Source: Sediminibacterium sp. (GTDB lineage Bacteria > Bacteroidota > Bacteroidia > Chitinophagales > Chitinophagaceae). From it: a DNA stretch of 64,000 bases. Of the stretch, positions 41,619 to 49,790 are shown in pieces. The notes under the pieces are model-generated. The model was not told where the DNA came from and searched no databases. It saw only the letters and a list, made by a program, of their open reading frames with translations. Position 1 is the first letter of the stretch; every line of letters begins with the position of its first letter. Position numbers and translations under genes: made by a program. The stretch is taken from contig JAQTZD010000005.1 in assembly GCA_028687975.1 (NCBI GenBank), positions 2,905 to 66,904 of the forward strand, written 5' to 3'.

Positions 41619-41927
41619 TTAGAAACTGGATTTAAAACGGAGATGGGCAGATTTTTTCATATTCTGAATTCTCCAGAGATCAACGGTACTAAAGGTTTTC
41701 GTGTTGCTCTGGGTATTTTCTGCAGCCAGATTGGTTGCCAGTGTTTCTTTTACTTCCTGTGTTAATTCGTTTAAATGTTGCCTGTCTATTTGTACAATAG
41801 AGGGCATAATTTCGCCTTTCATTGCTTCGCCTTTTTGATTTAAAAAATAATTCTGAGCCGGTAGTGAGTAATGATGTTCAACCGTTGGGGGTGCCTGGTG
41901 TTCCTGCCTACCGTAAGATGATATCAA
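41619..41927 (-). CDS. Small hypothetical protein (start uncertain: 41927 or ATG 41822)
   Basis: TATCTTTG -7 element at 41949-41956 upstream and hairpin downstream; C-terminus QEVKETLAT...STVDLWRIQ looks protein-like. Confidence 0.6.
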   Translation of the reverse strand: MISSYGRQEHQAPPTVEHHYSLPAQNYFLNQKGEAMKGEIMPSIVQIDRQHLNELTQEVKETLATNLAAENTQSNTKTFSTVDLWRIQNMKKSAHLRFKSSF

Positions 41928-41999
41928 CTATAATGCTCAATCGCGCCGCAAAGATACAGCCCTTATATTTCACAAAAAAATAATACTGCTAATGAATTG

Positions 42000-43061
42000 T
42001 TAATTCATAGCGCGTGCTTTCACGAAATCTGCAATGAGGTAACTGATCAGTTTTCCGGTTCCCGGATCTTTTCTTCCATCAGCTAATTGCACGGCACCTT
42101 CACAGATGTGCAGGTATGCAGCATGGGTATCTGCTGCAGCAAAATGAATGTATTGGCGGGCATGAAGTGGTGAAATTCCAACAGGGGTCTGTGCACTGCT
42201 CAACACATGGGCAATGGAATCCAGGTCCAGCTCAATACCACAGCGTGTATCATCTGTAAAAGCAGTGGCAAGGCCAACGGCCTGCAGGAAGGTCCGTTTT
42301 TCATGTACAAAAATATCTTCGAATGTAACGCAGTCTACAAAGGGGTTATTGACCATATCCATCCATACATTCTGCGGAATGTAATTTTCATGAATGCCGA
42401 TTACAAAATATTTTTCCAGATAGCCATCGGCCTCTGCGTAACTGAATCCGTTTCCGCTGTGTCTTCCTTCCATCGGACGAAAATCGGCATGTGCATCGAG
42501 ATTGATGGTATTGATCTGCGCAATCGGAATCAGGCCGGCTTTGTACAGACCTTTGGCCGCACCTTTAATGCAGGGATAGGAATTGTTGTGTCCACCGCCT
42601 ATTACCAAAGGAATTTTTCCGTTTTGTGTAATGAGATGAATCACTTGTTCAACTGCAGCATCTACTGTATTTACCGCATGCCGCAGTGCATTGATTTTTT
42701 CATCGGCATCCGGTGCATTGGACTCGATTACCTGTTCAATTTCAGAAAAATCAAAATGACCCAGCAGTAAAATATTGCTTCCTTCCAGAAAATCATTGCT
42801 CTGAATATTCAGAAACGCATACAGAAAGGAAAGCCAGGCAGAGTCCGTTCCGCCAATGCCGCCATTGGCCTTTACCCCTATGTCTTCAGGAATACCCAGG
42901 AGTACATATTCCGCAGCGGACTCCCGCAGCGAAGCCTCCAGCATGTGAGTATCTTTAATCACCTGGATGCGTTCACCCAATTTGGTTTCGAACCGGCGGA
43001 TCCTGGTCAGCCTTAATACATCTTCCTTGTTGTATACCCTTAAATAATTCATACAAAGCAT
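42000..43061 (-). CDS. hutG: Formimidoylglutamase (arginase family)
   Basis: GGGHN, DAHADFR, ELDLD metal motifs; downstream of hutI; start 43061 or 43052. Confidence 0.85.
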   Translation of the reverse strand: MLCMNYLRVYNKEDVLRLTRIRRFETKLGERIQVIKDTHMLEASLRESAAEYVLLGIPEDIGVKANGGIGGTDSAWLSFLYAFLNIQSNDFLEGSNILLLGHFDFSEIEQVIESNAPDADEKINALRHAVNTVDAAVEQVIHLITQNGKIPLVIGGGHNNSYPCIKGAAKGLYKAGLIPIAQINTINLDAHADFRPMEGRHSGNGFSYAEADGYLEKYFVIGIHENYIPQNVWMDMVNNPFVDCVTFEDIFVHEKRTFLQAVGLATAFTDDTRCGIELDLDSIAHVLSSAQTPVGISPLHARQYIHFAAADTHAAYLHICEGAVQLADGRKDPGTGKLISYLIADFVKARAMN

Positions 43062-43107
43062 TTAGTCTTGCGGAACGGATACCCGAAATAACGGATACTC
43101 AATATAA

Positions 43108-44343
43108 TTAAATAAATGCACCATTGATCATTACCCGATGAATCAGGTTGGTGCCAAATGCATAAGGCAGGTAGTTTACAGAAGGAATGGGTTGTGTAAA
43201 AATCAGGTTGGCCCGCTTCCCCACCGTGATACTACCCAGCTGCTCTCCCAGCTCCATGGCATATGCACCGTTCAGTGTAGCGGCATTGATGGCTTCGGCC
43301 GGCTGCATTTTCATTTGAATACAGCTAAGCGACACTACAAAATTCATATTACCGCTGGGGCTGGATCCCGGGTTGAAATCAGAAGCCAGCGCAATGGCAG
43401 CATTGGCCTGTATCAGTTCCCTCGCAGGCTGAAAGGGCATCCGTAAAAAAAATGCAGCTGTGGGAAGCAATGTTCCGATGGTATCCGATCCTGATAAAGC
43501 CTGTATGGCCGTTGCAGTCATCGATTCCAGGTGATCTACGGAAACCGCTCCCAGTTTCACCCCCAGCTCTACCCCTCCCGATGCATGCAACTGGTTGGCA
43601 TGTATCTTGGGTTTAAGTCCCAATTGCATGCCTGCCCTGCAGATGCGCTCTGTTTCTTCCACACCGAAAAATCCTTCCTCGCAAAACACATCAATATAAT
43701 CGGCCAATCCTTCCCTGGCAATCACAGGAAGCATTTCCTGGATGATCAGGCGGATATACCCTTCGTGATCTTCTTTATAAGCAGCCGGATAGGTGTGCGC
43801 TCCTAAAAAACTGGCTTTCACCGGAATCGGCGCCGTTGCTTTCAGGCGACGGATTACCCGCAGCATTTTCAGTTCATTTTCGGTATCAAGCCCGTAACCA
43901 CTCTTGATTTCGATGGCACCTGTTCCCAAACGCATCAGCGATTGCAGGCGTTGCCATGCCGCATTGTACAGGTCATCCTCGCTCATGGCCGCCAGCCGGC
44001 GGGCAGACTGAAGAATTCCCCCACCCTTTGCAGCAATCTCCGCATAGCTGAGTCCGTTGATTTTATCTACAAATTCATCCTCCCTGCTGGCTGCAAAAAC
44101 AAGATGGGTATGACTATCGCACCAGGCAGGCAATACGGTAGCTCCACCGGCATCTACTGTGGTCCAGTCCGCACCTTCCGGAAACGAATCTTCCATACCT
44201 CCATATCCGGTGATGATGCCGTCTTCGCTCGTAAGCCAGGCATTCCGGATCAGGGGCAGTTCTGCCAATTCCTTACCGCGAAGCAGTTTGGTCTCTTTCC
44301 TGGTATTCAACAGCTGTGCAATATGATTAACCCGTATTTTCAT
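43108..44343 (-). CDS. hutI: Imidazolonepropionase
   Basis: DSHTHLVF, GGGI, EIKSGYGL, DVFCEEGFF, DHLE, ASDFNPGS. Confidence 0.96.
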   Translation of the reverse strand: MKIRVNHIAQLLNTRKETKLLRGKELAELPLIRNAWLTSEDGIITGYGGMEDSFPEGADWTTVDAGGATVLPAWCDSHTHLVFAASREDEFVDKINGLSYAEIAAKGGGILQSARRLAAMSEDDLYNAAWQRLQSLMRLGTGAIEIKSGYGLDTENELKMLRVIRRLKATAPIPVKASFLGAHTYPAAYKEDHEGYIRLIIQEMLPVIAREGLADYIDVFCEEGFFGVEETERICRAGMQLGLKPKIHANQLHASGGVELGVKLGAVSVDHLESMTATAIQALSGSDTIGTLLPTAAFFLRMPFQPARELIQANAAIALASDFNPGSSPSGNMNFVVSLSCIQMKMQPAEAINAATLNGAYAMELGEQLGSITVGKRANLIFTQPIPSVNYLPYAFGTNLIHRVMINGAFI

Positions 44344-44391
44344 ATTGGAAAATTACTCGTTTTATGTTTGTAAACACGCTATTTTAGGGAT

Positions 44392-45087
44392 ATGTATGCA
44401 AGTCTGACCATAGTACGTTACCCCAAATGGCTGGGATGGGCCGGACTGTTCTCCATGGCCGTTTTTCGTATTCCGCTTTTGTTCAACAGCACAGTGTCCT
44501 TTTGGAAACTCATGGGATCGGGCAGGAACGGTACCTTCAGCAAGGTACCCGATTGGAGACAGTGGGCAGTTTTATTGGTACATCAAGACAGCAAAGAGCT
44601 GGAACAGGCTGTACCCGTCCTTTTTAGAAAATGGTGGTCGCTGTTTGGCTGTGAACAATGGACCCTGCATCTGGAAGCTATGGAAGGGCATGGCCTGTGG
44701 GATGGTAAGTCTGTCTTTGGCAACCTCCCAAAGCAAACCGGCTATGAGGGACCAGTAGGAATCCTTACAAGGGCTACCATCCGTATGGGAAAACTCGGTC
44801 GTTTCTGGGAACATGTGAATGGTGTTGCAGAAAGAATGGCCGGCGCTCCCGGACTGGTAACTTCTGTTGGAATCGGCGAAGTTCCCTGGATTAAACAGGC
44901 CACATTCAGTATCTGGGAGAACAGGGATTTGATGAAGGATTTTGCATACCGGATGAAGGAACATGCCGAAGTGGTCCGGAAAACAAAAGCAGAGCAATGG
45001 TACAGCGAAGAAATGTTTGTACGATTCAGAATTCTGCGTTCCGAAGGATCATTAAACGGAAAATTGCCTTTTGAAATAAAACCTTAA
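44392..45087 (+). CDS. crtA: Spheroidene monooxygenase CrtA-like carotenoid oxygenase
   Basis: FWKLMGSG--G-F---PDW, HG-WDG, LTRATIR, GIGEVP---QATFSIW, YR---H, WYSEEMF-RF. Confidence 0.8.
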   Translation: MYASLTIVRYPKWLGWAGLFSMAVFRIPLLFNSTVSFWKLMGSGRNGTFSKVPDWRQWAVLLVHQDSKELEQAVPVLFRKWWSLFGCEQWTLHLEAMEGHGLWDGKSVFGNLPKQTGYEGPVGILTRATIRMGKLGRFWEHVNGVAERMAGAPGLVTSVGIGEVPWIKQATFSIWENRDLMKDFAYRMKEHAEVVRKTKAEQWYSEEMFVRFRILRSEGSLNGKLPFEIKP

Positions 45088-45101
45088 TTTGCAGAAGGAT
45101 T

Positions 45102-45185
45102 ATGAACCATTGTTCAACCATATCATTCTTAACCGCGCACTTTGCATGGATGTACAGGGGACTGAACTCCATGCCCGACCACTGA
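45102..45185 (+). CDS. Putative 27-aa leader peptide MNHCSTISFLTAHFAWMYRGLNSMPDH
   Basis: Manual translation, below the ORF-track cutoff; preceded by TTAATTTG (45084-45091); stop codon lies inside a terminator-like hairpin. Confidence 0.4.
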   Translation: MNHCSTISFLTAHFAWMYRGLNSMPDH

Positions 45186-45204
45186 GTACCGGGTTTTCTG
45201 TTTT
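45174..45204 (+). terminator. Terminator-like hairpin overlapping the leader ORF stop
   Basis: CCCGAC cactga GT(AC)CGGG followed by TTTTCTGTTTT. Confidence 0.5.
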
Positions 45205-45355
45205 CTACATTGCATCAGGCAATCCATCACTGTATCTTTTTAACGGCATGCTCTTTGCAGCCAGCGTTTCTGTTCAGGCATTTTTGAGCTGCGGTTTGGT
45301 ACAGGTTATCCGTTGTATTGGTCTGTTTTTATTAATTAAGCAAAACGAATGATAT

Positions 45356-46795
45356 ATGACAGTTTCGGTAACGTCAGAAATTGGTACGCTCAAAAGATTA
45401 TTGGTACACAGCCCCGACAGTGGTCTGGGCAAAGTTGTTCCATCCAAAGCACAGGACTGGTTGTTCGAAGACATCGTACACCTCGATACAATCCGTAAAA
45501 ATGAATACGATTACTATACCAAAGTGCTGTTGTATTTTCTTGATCCCGAAAAAATAAGAGGACGTCTGGCGGCAATTGACCATCCGGATAGCCATCGGAA
45601 TTTTTACAAACCGGAACATCCCGACTTTTTCAAATCGGATAAAGTGGTAGAACTGCAGTGGCTGCTTGCAGAAATACTGACCGACTGCAATATCCTGCTG
45701 AAATTGGTTGCTTCTGTAAGCGCCATTGAAGGTTGTACCTATCAGTTGCAGAATGAACTGATGGACTACGAACCTTCGGAGTTGGCCAAAACCTTTATTT
45801 CTGGAACATCCAAAGACAAACAACTGATCTTTGCTCCTATCCCCAATTTCATTTTCACCAGGGATATCGGCATCACCATCAAAGACCATGTATTGCTGAA
45901 CAAACCTGCCAAAAAAGCCCGTACCAGGGAAGCATTGCTGGCAAGGTATATCTTCTTCAATCACCCTTTCTTCAGCAACTACCGGAACAATATCATAGAA
46001 CTATCCGATTCAAGTCATCATTTTCTGTTACCGAAAGAAGAGGATGACCGCAAGATTACGCTGGAGGGTGGAGACATTATGGTGGTAAGCGATAAACACC
46101 TGTTGGTGGGTGTAAGTGAAAGAACTTCGTCCGAGGCCGCTGTACGCATCACCAACACCATATTTGAAATGGGATTGATGGATAAAGTAACCATTGTTAA
46201 AATTCCCAAAAAGCGAGACTACATGCATATAGACACTGTTTTTACCCAGGTAAAAAGGGATGTATGGGTGATGCTGGGGAATTTCTCCCGCAAGGCAATC
46301 AAACACGAAGACGAGACTGCTGTAGAAAGAATACTGGAAATCAAGAAGGAAGAAAAAATAAAAATATTGCAGTTTCACCGGAGCAACCCGGAGCAACCCG
46401 TTTCTTTTGAAAGTCTGGAAGACCTGTTGATTGATATCAGCAGAAACGATCTGCATTGCCGCAACGAAGTGCAATTCATTTTTTCGGGCAACAATGAATT
46501 TCCATACAGCGCCCGTGAACAATGGACCGACTCCTGCAACCTGCTGGTTTTAAAAGAGGGTGTGGTGCTGGGTTACGACAGGAACGACAAAACAACCGAA
46601 GCCTTCCGCAATGCGGGATTCAATATTGTGGAAGTAAAAGAGCTGCTGCAGCAACTCGAAAACGGAACCACCACCACCGAATCAATTGAAAATACATTTA
46701 TCCTGATGCCATCGGCAGAATTGTCGAGGGCCAGAGGTGGCTTCCATTGCATGAGTATGCCGCTCTGGCGCGAACCTGTTGAACCCATAAACTAA
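45356..46795 (+). CDS. arcA: Arginine deiminase family protein
   Basis: VTSEIGTLK---VH-P, NFIFTRD, LEGGD, MHIDTV, REQWTDSCN, catalytic Cys in RARGGFHCMSMP. Confidence 0.85.
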   Translation: MTVSVTSEIGTLKRLLVHSPDSGLGKVVPSKAQDWLFEDIVHLDTIRKNEYDYYTKVLLYFLDPEKIRGRLAAIDHPDSHRNFYKPEHPDFFKSDKVVELQWLLAEILTDCNILLKLVASVSAIEGCTYQLQNELMDYEPSELAKTFISGTSKDKQLIFAPIPNFIFTRDIGITIKDHVLLNKPAKKARTREALLARYIFFNHPFFSNYRNNIIELSDSSHHFLLPKEEDDRKITLEGGDIMVVSDKHLLVGVSERTSSEAAVRITNTIFEMGLMDKVTIVKIPKKRDYMHIDTVFTQVKRDVWVMLGNFSRKAIKHEDETAVERILEIKKEEKIKILQFHRSNPEQPVSFESLEDLLIDISRNDLHCRNEVQFIFSGNNEFPYSAREQWTDSCNLLVLKEGVVLGYDRNDKTTEAFRNAGFNIVEVKELLQQLENGTTTTESIENTFILMPSAELSRARGGFHCMSMPLWREPVEPIN

Positions 46796-46799
46796 TTCC

Positions 46800-47717
46800 A
46801 TGCAACACAGCGCTCATTTATTAATGATACAACCGGTTCGGTTTGAATTCAATACAGAAACGGCAGTGAACAATAGTTTTCAAACGGCCTCTGCAGATGC
46901 TGGCAATATAGTGCAACAAAAAGCACAAGCGGAGTTTGATGCTTTTATTGCGCTGCTCCAATCAAACGATATAGACGTAACCGTTGTAAAAGATACGCCG
47001 GTGCCACATACACCCGATTCCGTATTTCCCAATAACTGGATCTCCTTTCATGAACCAGGATCCATTTGCCTGTACCCGATGTTTGCCCCTAACAGAAGAC
47101 TGGAACGCAAACAGCATGTACTGGATGTTCTTTCAGAAAAATTCCGGATAGAAGAGCAGATCAATTTTACGGCTCATGAAGCGGAAAATCATTTTCTGGA
47201 AGGTACCGGAAGCATGGTACTGGACCGGGAGCATCGTATTGCATATGCATGCCTCTCTCCGCGCACCAACCTGAGGGTATTGGAAGACTTTTGCAACAGA
47301 ATGGGTTATCAGGCAATCACCTTTCATTCTGTAGATGGCAACCATCAACCCATTTACCATACCAATGTAATGATGTGTGTAGCCGACAGCTATGTAGTTA
47401 TCTGCCTGGAAAGCATACCTGATCAGGCAGAACGTTCCATGGTAAAAGCATCCCTTGAAAAAACCGGCAAGACCATCATTGAAATCAGTACCAACCAGAT
47501 GAATCATTTTGCAGGAAATATGTTGCAGGTGCATAACCGGAAAGGAGAAAAGTTCCTGGTCATGTCTTCGCAGGCTTACCACTCGTTAACCCCGCAACAG
47601 ATCCTTACTATTGAACAATATAATCCGATCATTCATTCCGATATCACCACCATCGAAACCAATGGAGGGGGAAGTGCAAGATGTATGATGGCCGAAATAT
47701 TCCTTGAACTGAAATAA
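46800..47717 (+). CDS. ctlX: Citrulline utilization hydrolase CtlX (amidinotransferase superfamily)
   Basis: TPDSVFPNNW, PMFAPNRRLER, LEGTGSMVLDR, YHTNVMM, GGGSARCMMAE. Confidence 0.85.
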   Translation: MQHSAHLLMIQPVRFEFNTETAVNNSFQTASADAGNIVQQKAQAEFDAFIALLQSNDIDVTVVKDTPVPHTPDSVFPNNWISFHEPGSICLYPMFAPNRRLERKQHVLDVLSEKFRIEEQINFTAHEAENHFLEGTGSMVLDREHRIAYACLSPRTNLRVLEDFCNRMGYQAITFHSVDGNHQPIYHTNVMMCVADSYVVICLESIPDQAERSMVKASLEKTGKTIIEISTNQMNHFAGNMLQVHNRKGEKFLVMSSQAYHSLTPQQILTIEQYNPIIHSDITTIETNGGGSARCMMAEIFLELK

Positions 47718-47732
47718 CCGGAACAGCAACTG

Positions 47733-48617
47733 CTAAACTGCAAAGCTATTCCGCAGGCCTTCCTCAAAGGAAAGAGGCTGGTAATTGAGTTCACGGATGG
47801 CTTTGTTGATTTTTAATCCGGATTTACGTGAACGGCGAACCGGTTCGGGGAAACTGTTGCTGTCTACTTCTTCGATCAGCGACTCGTTCAGTCCGAGTAC
47901 ACGCGCTACCATCAGCGCCATGCCGTAGGGAGAAAGAATATCTTTTCCGGCAAGATGGTACACCCCTTCTTTTTTAGTTTCAATGATCTGTTCTATTCCT
48001 TTACAGATATCCGGTGCGTATGTGGGCGTTCTTAACTGGTCGCTCACCACCTTAATGGGTTTGCCGGCCAGCAATTGCTGCTGCACCCATTGAATAAAAG
48101 AAGGACGCAGCCCCTCCCACTGTCTTCCATAAATGAAAACCGGCCGAACAATGGTATATGGGCCTGCATAATCCTGAACCAGTTTTTCGGCCATGAGTTT
48201 GGATTCCCCGTAAAAATTGAGCGGGTCTGGCAGGTCTTCTTCAGAATGCGGACCATCCTCTCCAAAAATAAAATCGGTAGATAAATAAATAAAATGACTG
48301 GCACAGTTTTCTGCGGCCTGAAGCAGGTAACCGGTTGCGGTTACGTTCTGCAACAAACAGGCTTCCCTGTTTTGATGGCATTCGTCTGGTTTACTCATGG
48401 CTGCCACATGCACAATTACATCTGGTTGTACCGCATGGATATATGCATGCACTAAACTGCGATCCGTTAAGTCCAGACTGGCATATTCAATGTTTTCCGC
48501 AACGGGAATCCGTCTTTCTCCCCTGGAAACTGCATGGCAGTCAACTCCTTTGTTGGCCAGGTACATACAAAGATGTTGCGCTAGAAAACCATTGGCGCCG
48601 GTCACGACTATTTTCAT
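47733..48617 (-). CDS. dTDP-4-dehydrorhamnose reductase-like SDR
   Basis: TGANGFLA, STDFIFG, YGESK (YxxxK), DQLRTPTY. Confidence 0.88.
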   Translation of the reverse strand: MKIVVTGANGFLAQHLCMYLANKGVDCHAVSRGERRIPVAENIEYASLDLTDRSLVHAYIHAVQPDVIVHVAAMSKPDECHQNREACLLQNVTATGYLLQAAENCASHFIYLSTDFIFGEDGPHSEEDLPDPLNFYGESKLMAEKLVQDYAGPYTIVRPVFIYGRQWEGLRPSFIQWVQQQLLAGKPIKVVSDQLRTPTYAPDICKGIEQIIETKKEGVYHLAGKDILSPYGMALMVARVLGLNESLIEEVDSNSFPEPVRRSRKSGLKINKAIRELNYQPLSFEEGLRNSFAV

Positions 48618-48667
48618 GCAGCAATGCTACGAAAAAACTTAACGGAGGGTTACAAATGGTCATTAGT

Positions 48668-48689
48668 TTTCAAATGCTTACATTTGAAA
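48668..48689. promoter_or_regulatory. Perfect palindrome TTTCAAATG-ctta-CATTTGAAA between divergent SDR and pfkA (candidate operator)
   Basis: 9-bp inverted repeat with a 4-nt spacer, read directly. Confidence 0.4.
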
Positions 48690-48761
48690 CTCCGTGTACA
48701 CCTTACACATTCTTTTTTTGTAATATGTACACTCGTATTTAACTGAGAATCGAATTTGACA

Positions 48762-49748
48762 ATGGCAGAAAAAAAAGTTACTAAAATCGGCGTTCTTACC
48801 TCCGGAGGAGATGCTCCAGGCATGAATGCTGCGGTCAGAGCGGTGGTGAGAACCGGTCTGTATCATGGGTTGGATATGTTTGGTGTTATGCGCGGATACA
48901 GCGGAATGATCGATGACGATATTGTTCCGATGGATTCCCGTTCTGTTGCCAATATCATTCAGAGAGGGGGCACCATTTTAAAAACTGCCAGGAGCGCTGA
49001 GTTCATGGAACCGGCCGGTCGCAAAATTGCCTATGATAACCTGAAAAAAAGAGGCATCAACGGACTGGTGATCATTGGCGGCGACGGTAGTTTCAAAGGC
49101 GCACAGAAGTTCAGCAACGAATTTGATATTCCCTGTATTGGTTTACCTGGAACCATAGATAAAGACATTGCAGGAAGCGATTTCACCATTGGATTCGACA
49201 CTGCGGTGAATACTGCGGTGGAAGCCATCGATAAAATCCGGGATACTGCTGATGCGCACGACCGCTTATTTATTGTGGAGGTAATGGGAAGAGATGCCGG
49301 TTATATTGCATTGCACAGCGGTATAGCTACCGGTGCAGAAAACATCCTGATTCCCGAAACCAAAACAGATATTGAAGCCCTGATTCATTCTCTTTCTGAA
49401 AAAGAAAAAAGAAAAAAATTGGTAAACCTGGTGGTAGTGGCCGAGGGAGAAAAATTTGGCGGTGCCAATGAAATTGCCAGCATAGTAAGACAACGTTTGC
49501 CTAAAGCGGATATCCGTGTTTGTATTCTCGGACATATTCAGCGGGGAGGTTCTCCCTCCTGTTTAGACCGGCTGATCGCCAGCAGAATGGGCTATGCTGC
49601 CGTAGACTGTCTGATCAACGGCACACACAATGTGATGGTAGGTATTTTAAACAACACCCTCCATTACACCCCACTGGATCATGCAGTAAAGGCTAAAGAT
49701 AAAATTTCAGATGACTGGCTTCGAATTGTAAAAATTCTGGCCAGCTAA
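48762..49748 (+). CDS. pfkA: ATP-dependent 6-phosphofructokinase
   Basis: LTSGGDAPGMNAAVR, GGTILKTAR, GGDGS, PGTIDKD, EVMGRDAG, LGHIQRGG. Confidence 0.98.
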   Translation: MAEKKVTKIGVLTSGGDAPGMNAAVRAVVRTGLYHGLDMFGVMRGYSGMIDDDIVPMDSRSVANIIQRGGTILKTARSAEFMEPAGRKIAYDNLKKRGINGLVIIGGDGSFKGAQKFSNEFDIPCIGLPGTIDKDIAGSDFTIGFDTAVNTAVEAIDKIRDTADAHDRLFIVEVMGRDAGYIALHSGIATGAENILIPETKTDIEALIHSLSEKEKRKKLVNLVVVAEGEKFGGANEIASIVRQRLPKADIRVCILGHIQRGGSPSCLDRLIASRMGYAAVDCLINGTHNVMVGILNNTLHYTPLDHAVKAKDKISDDWLRIVKILAS

Positions 49749-49790
49749 TAACAATAATATTAACAGTAACCCCTAACACAGACTCACATC

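Noticed and set aside
41417-41620. 6S RNA (ssrS), suggested by the position upstream of the 5-FTHF cyclo-ligase gene
   Set aside because: Only two local hairpins are present; I see no roughly 180-nt rod with a central bubble. An Rfam 6S scan would settle it.
41860-41915. Cobalamin-riboswitch-like snippet GCACCCCCAACGGT on the minus strand
   Set aside because: The AGGGAA and GGTGnAAnTCC core elements and a proper 3' AGYCAG-ACC are missing, and the downstream gene is unrelated to B12.
43074-43098. Direct repeat AACGGATAC x2 between hutI and hutG
   Set aside because: Short and internal to an operon; plausible by chance, with no known regulator match I can support.
45089-45352. 87-aa ORF between crtA and arcA in the ORF track
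   Set aside because: TTG start immediately after the crtA stop and no motifs; the 27-aa ORF plus hairpin in another frame explains the region better.
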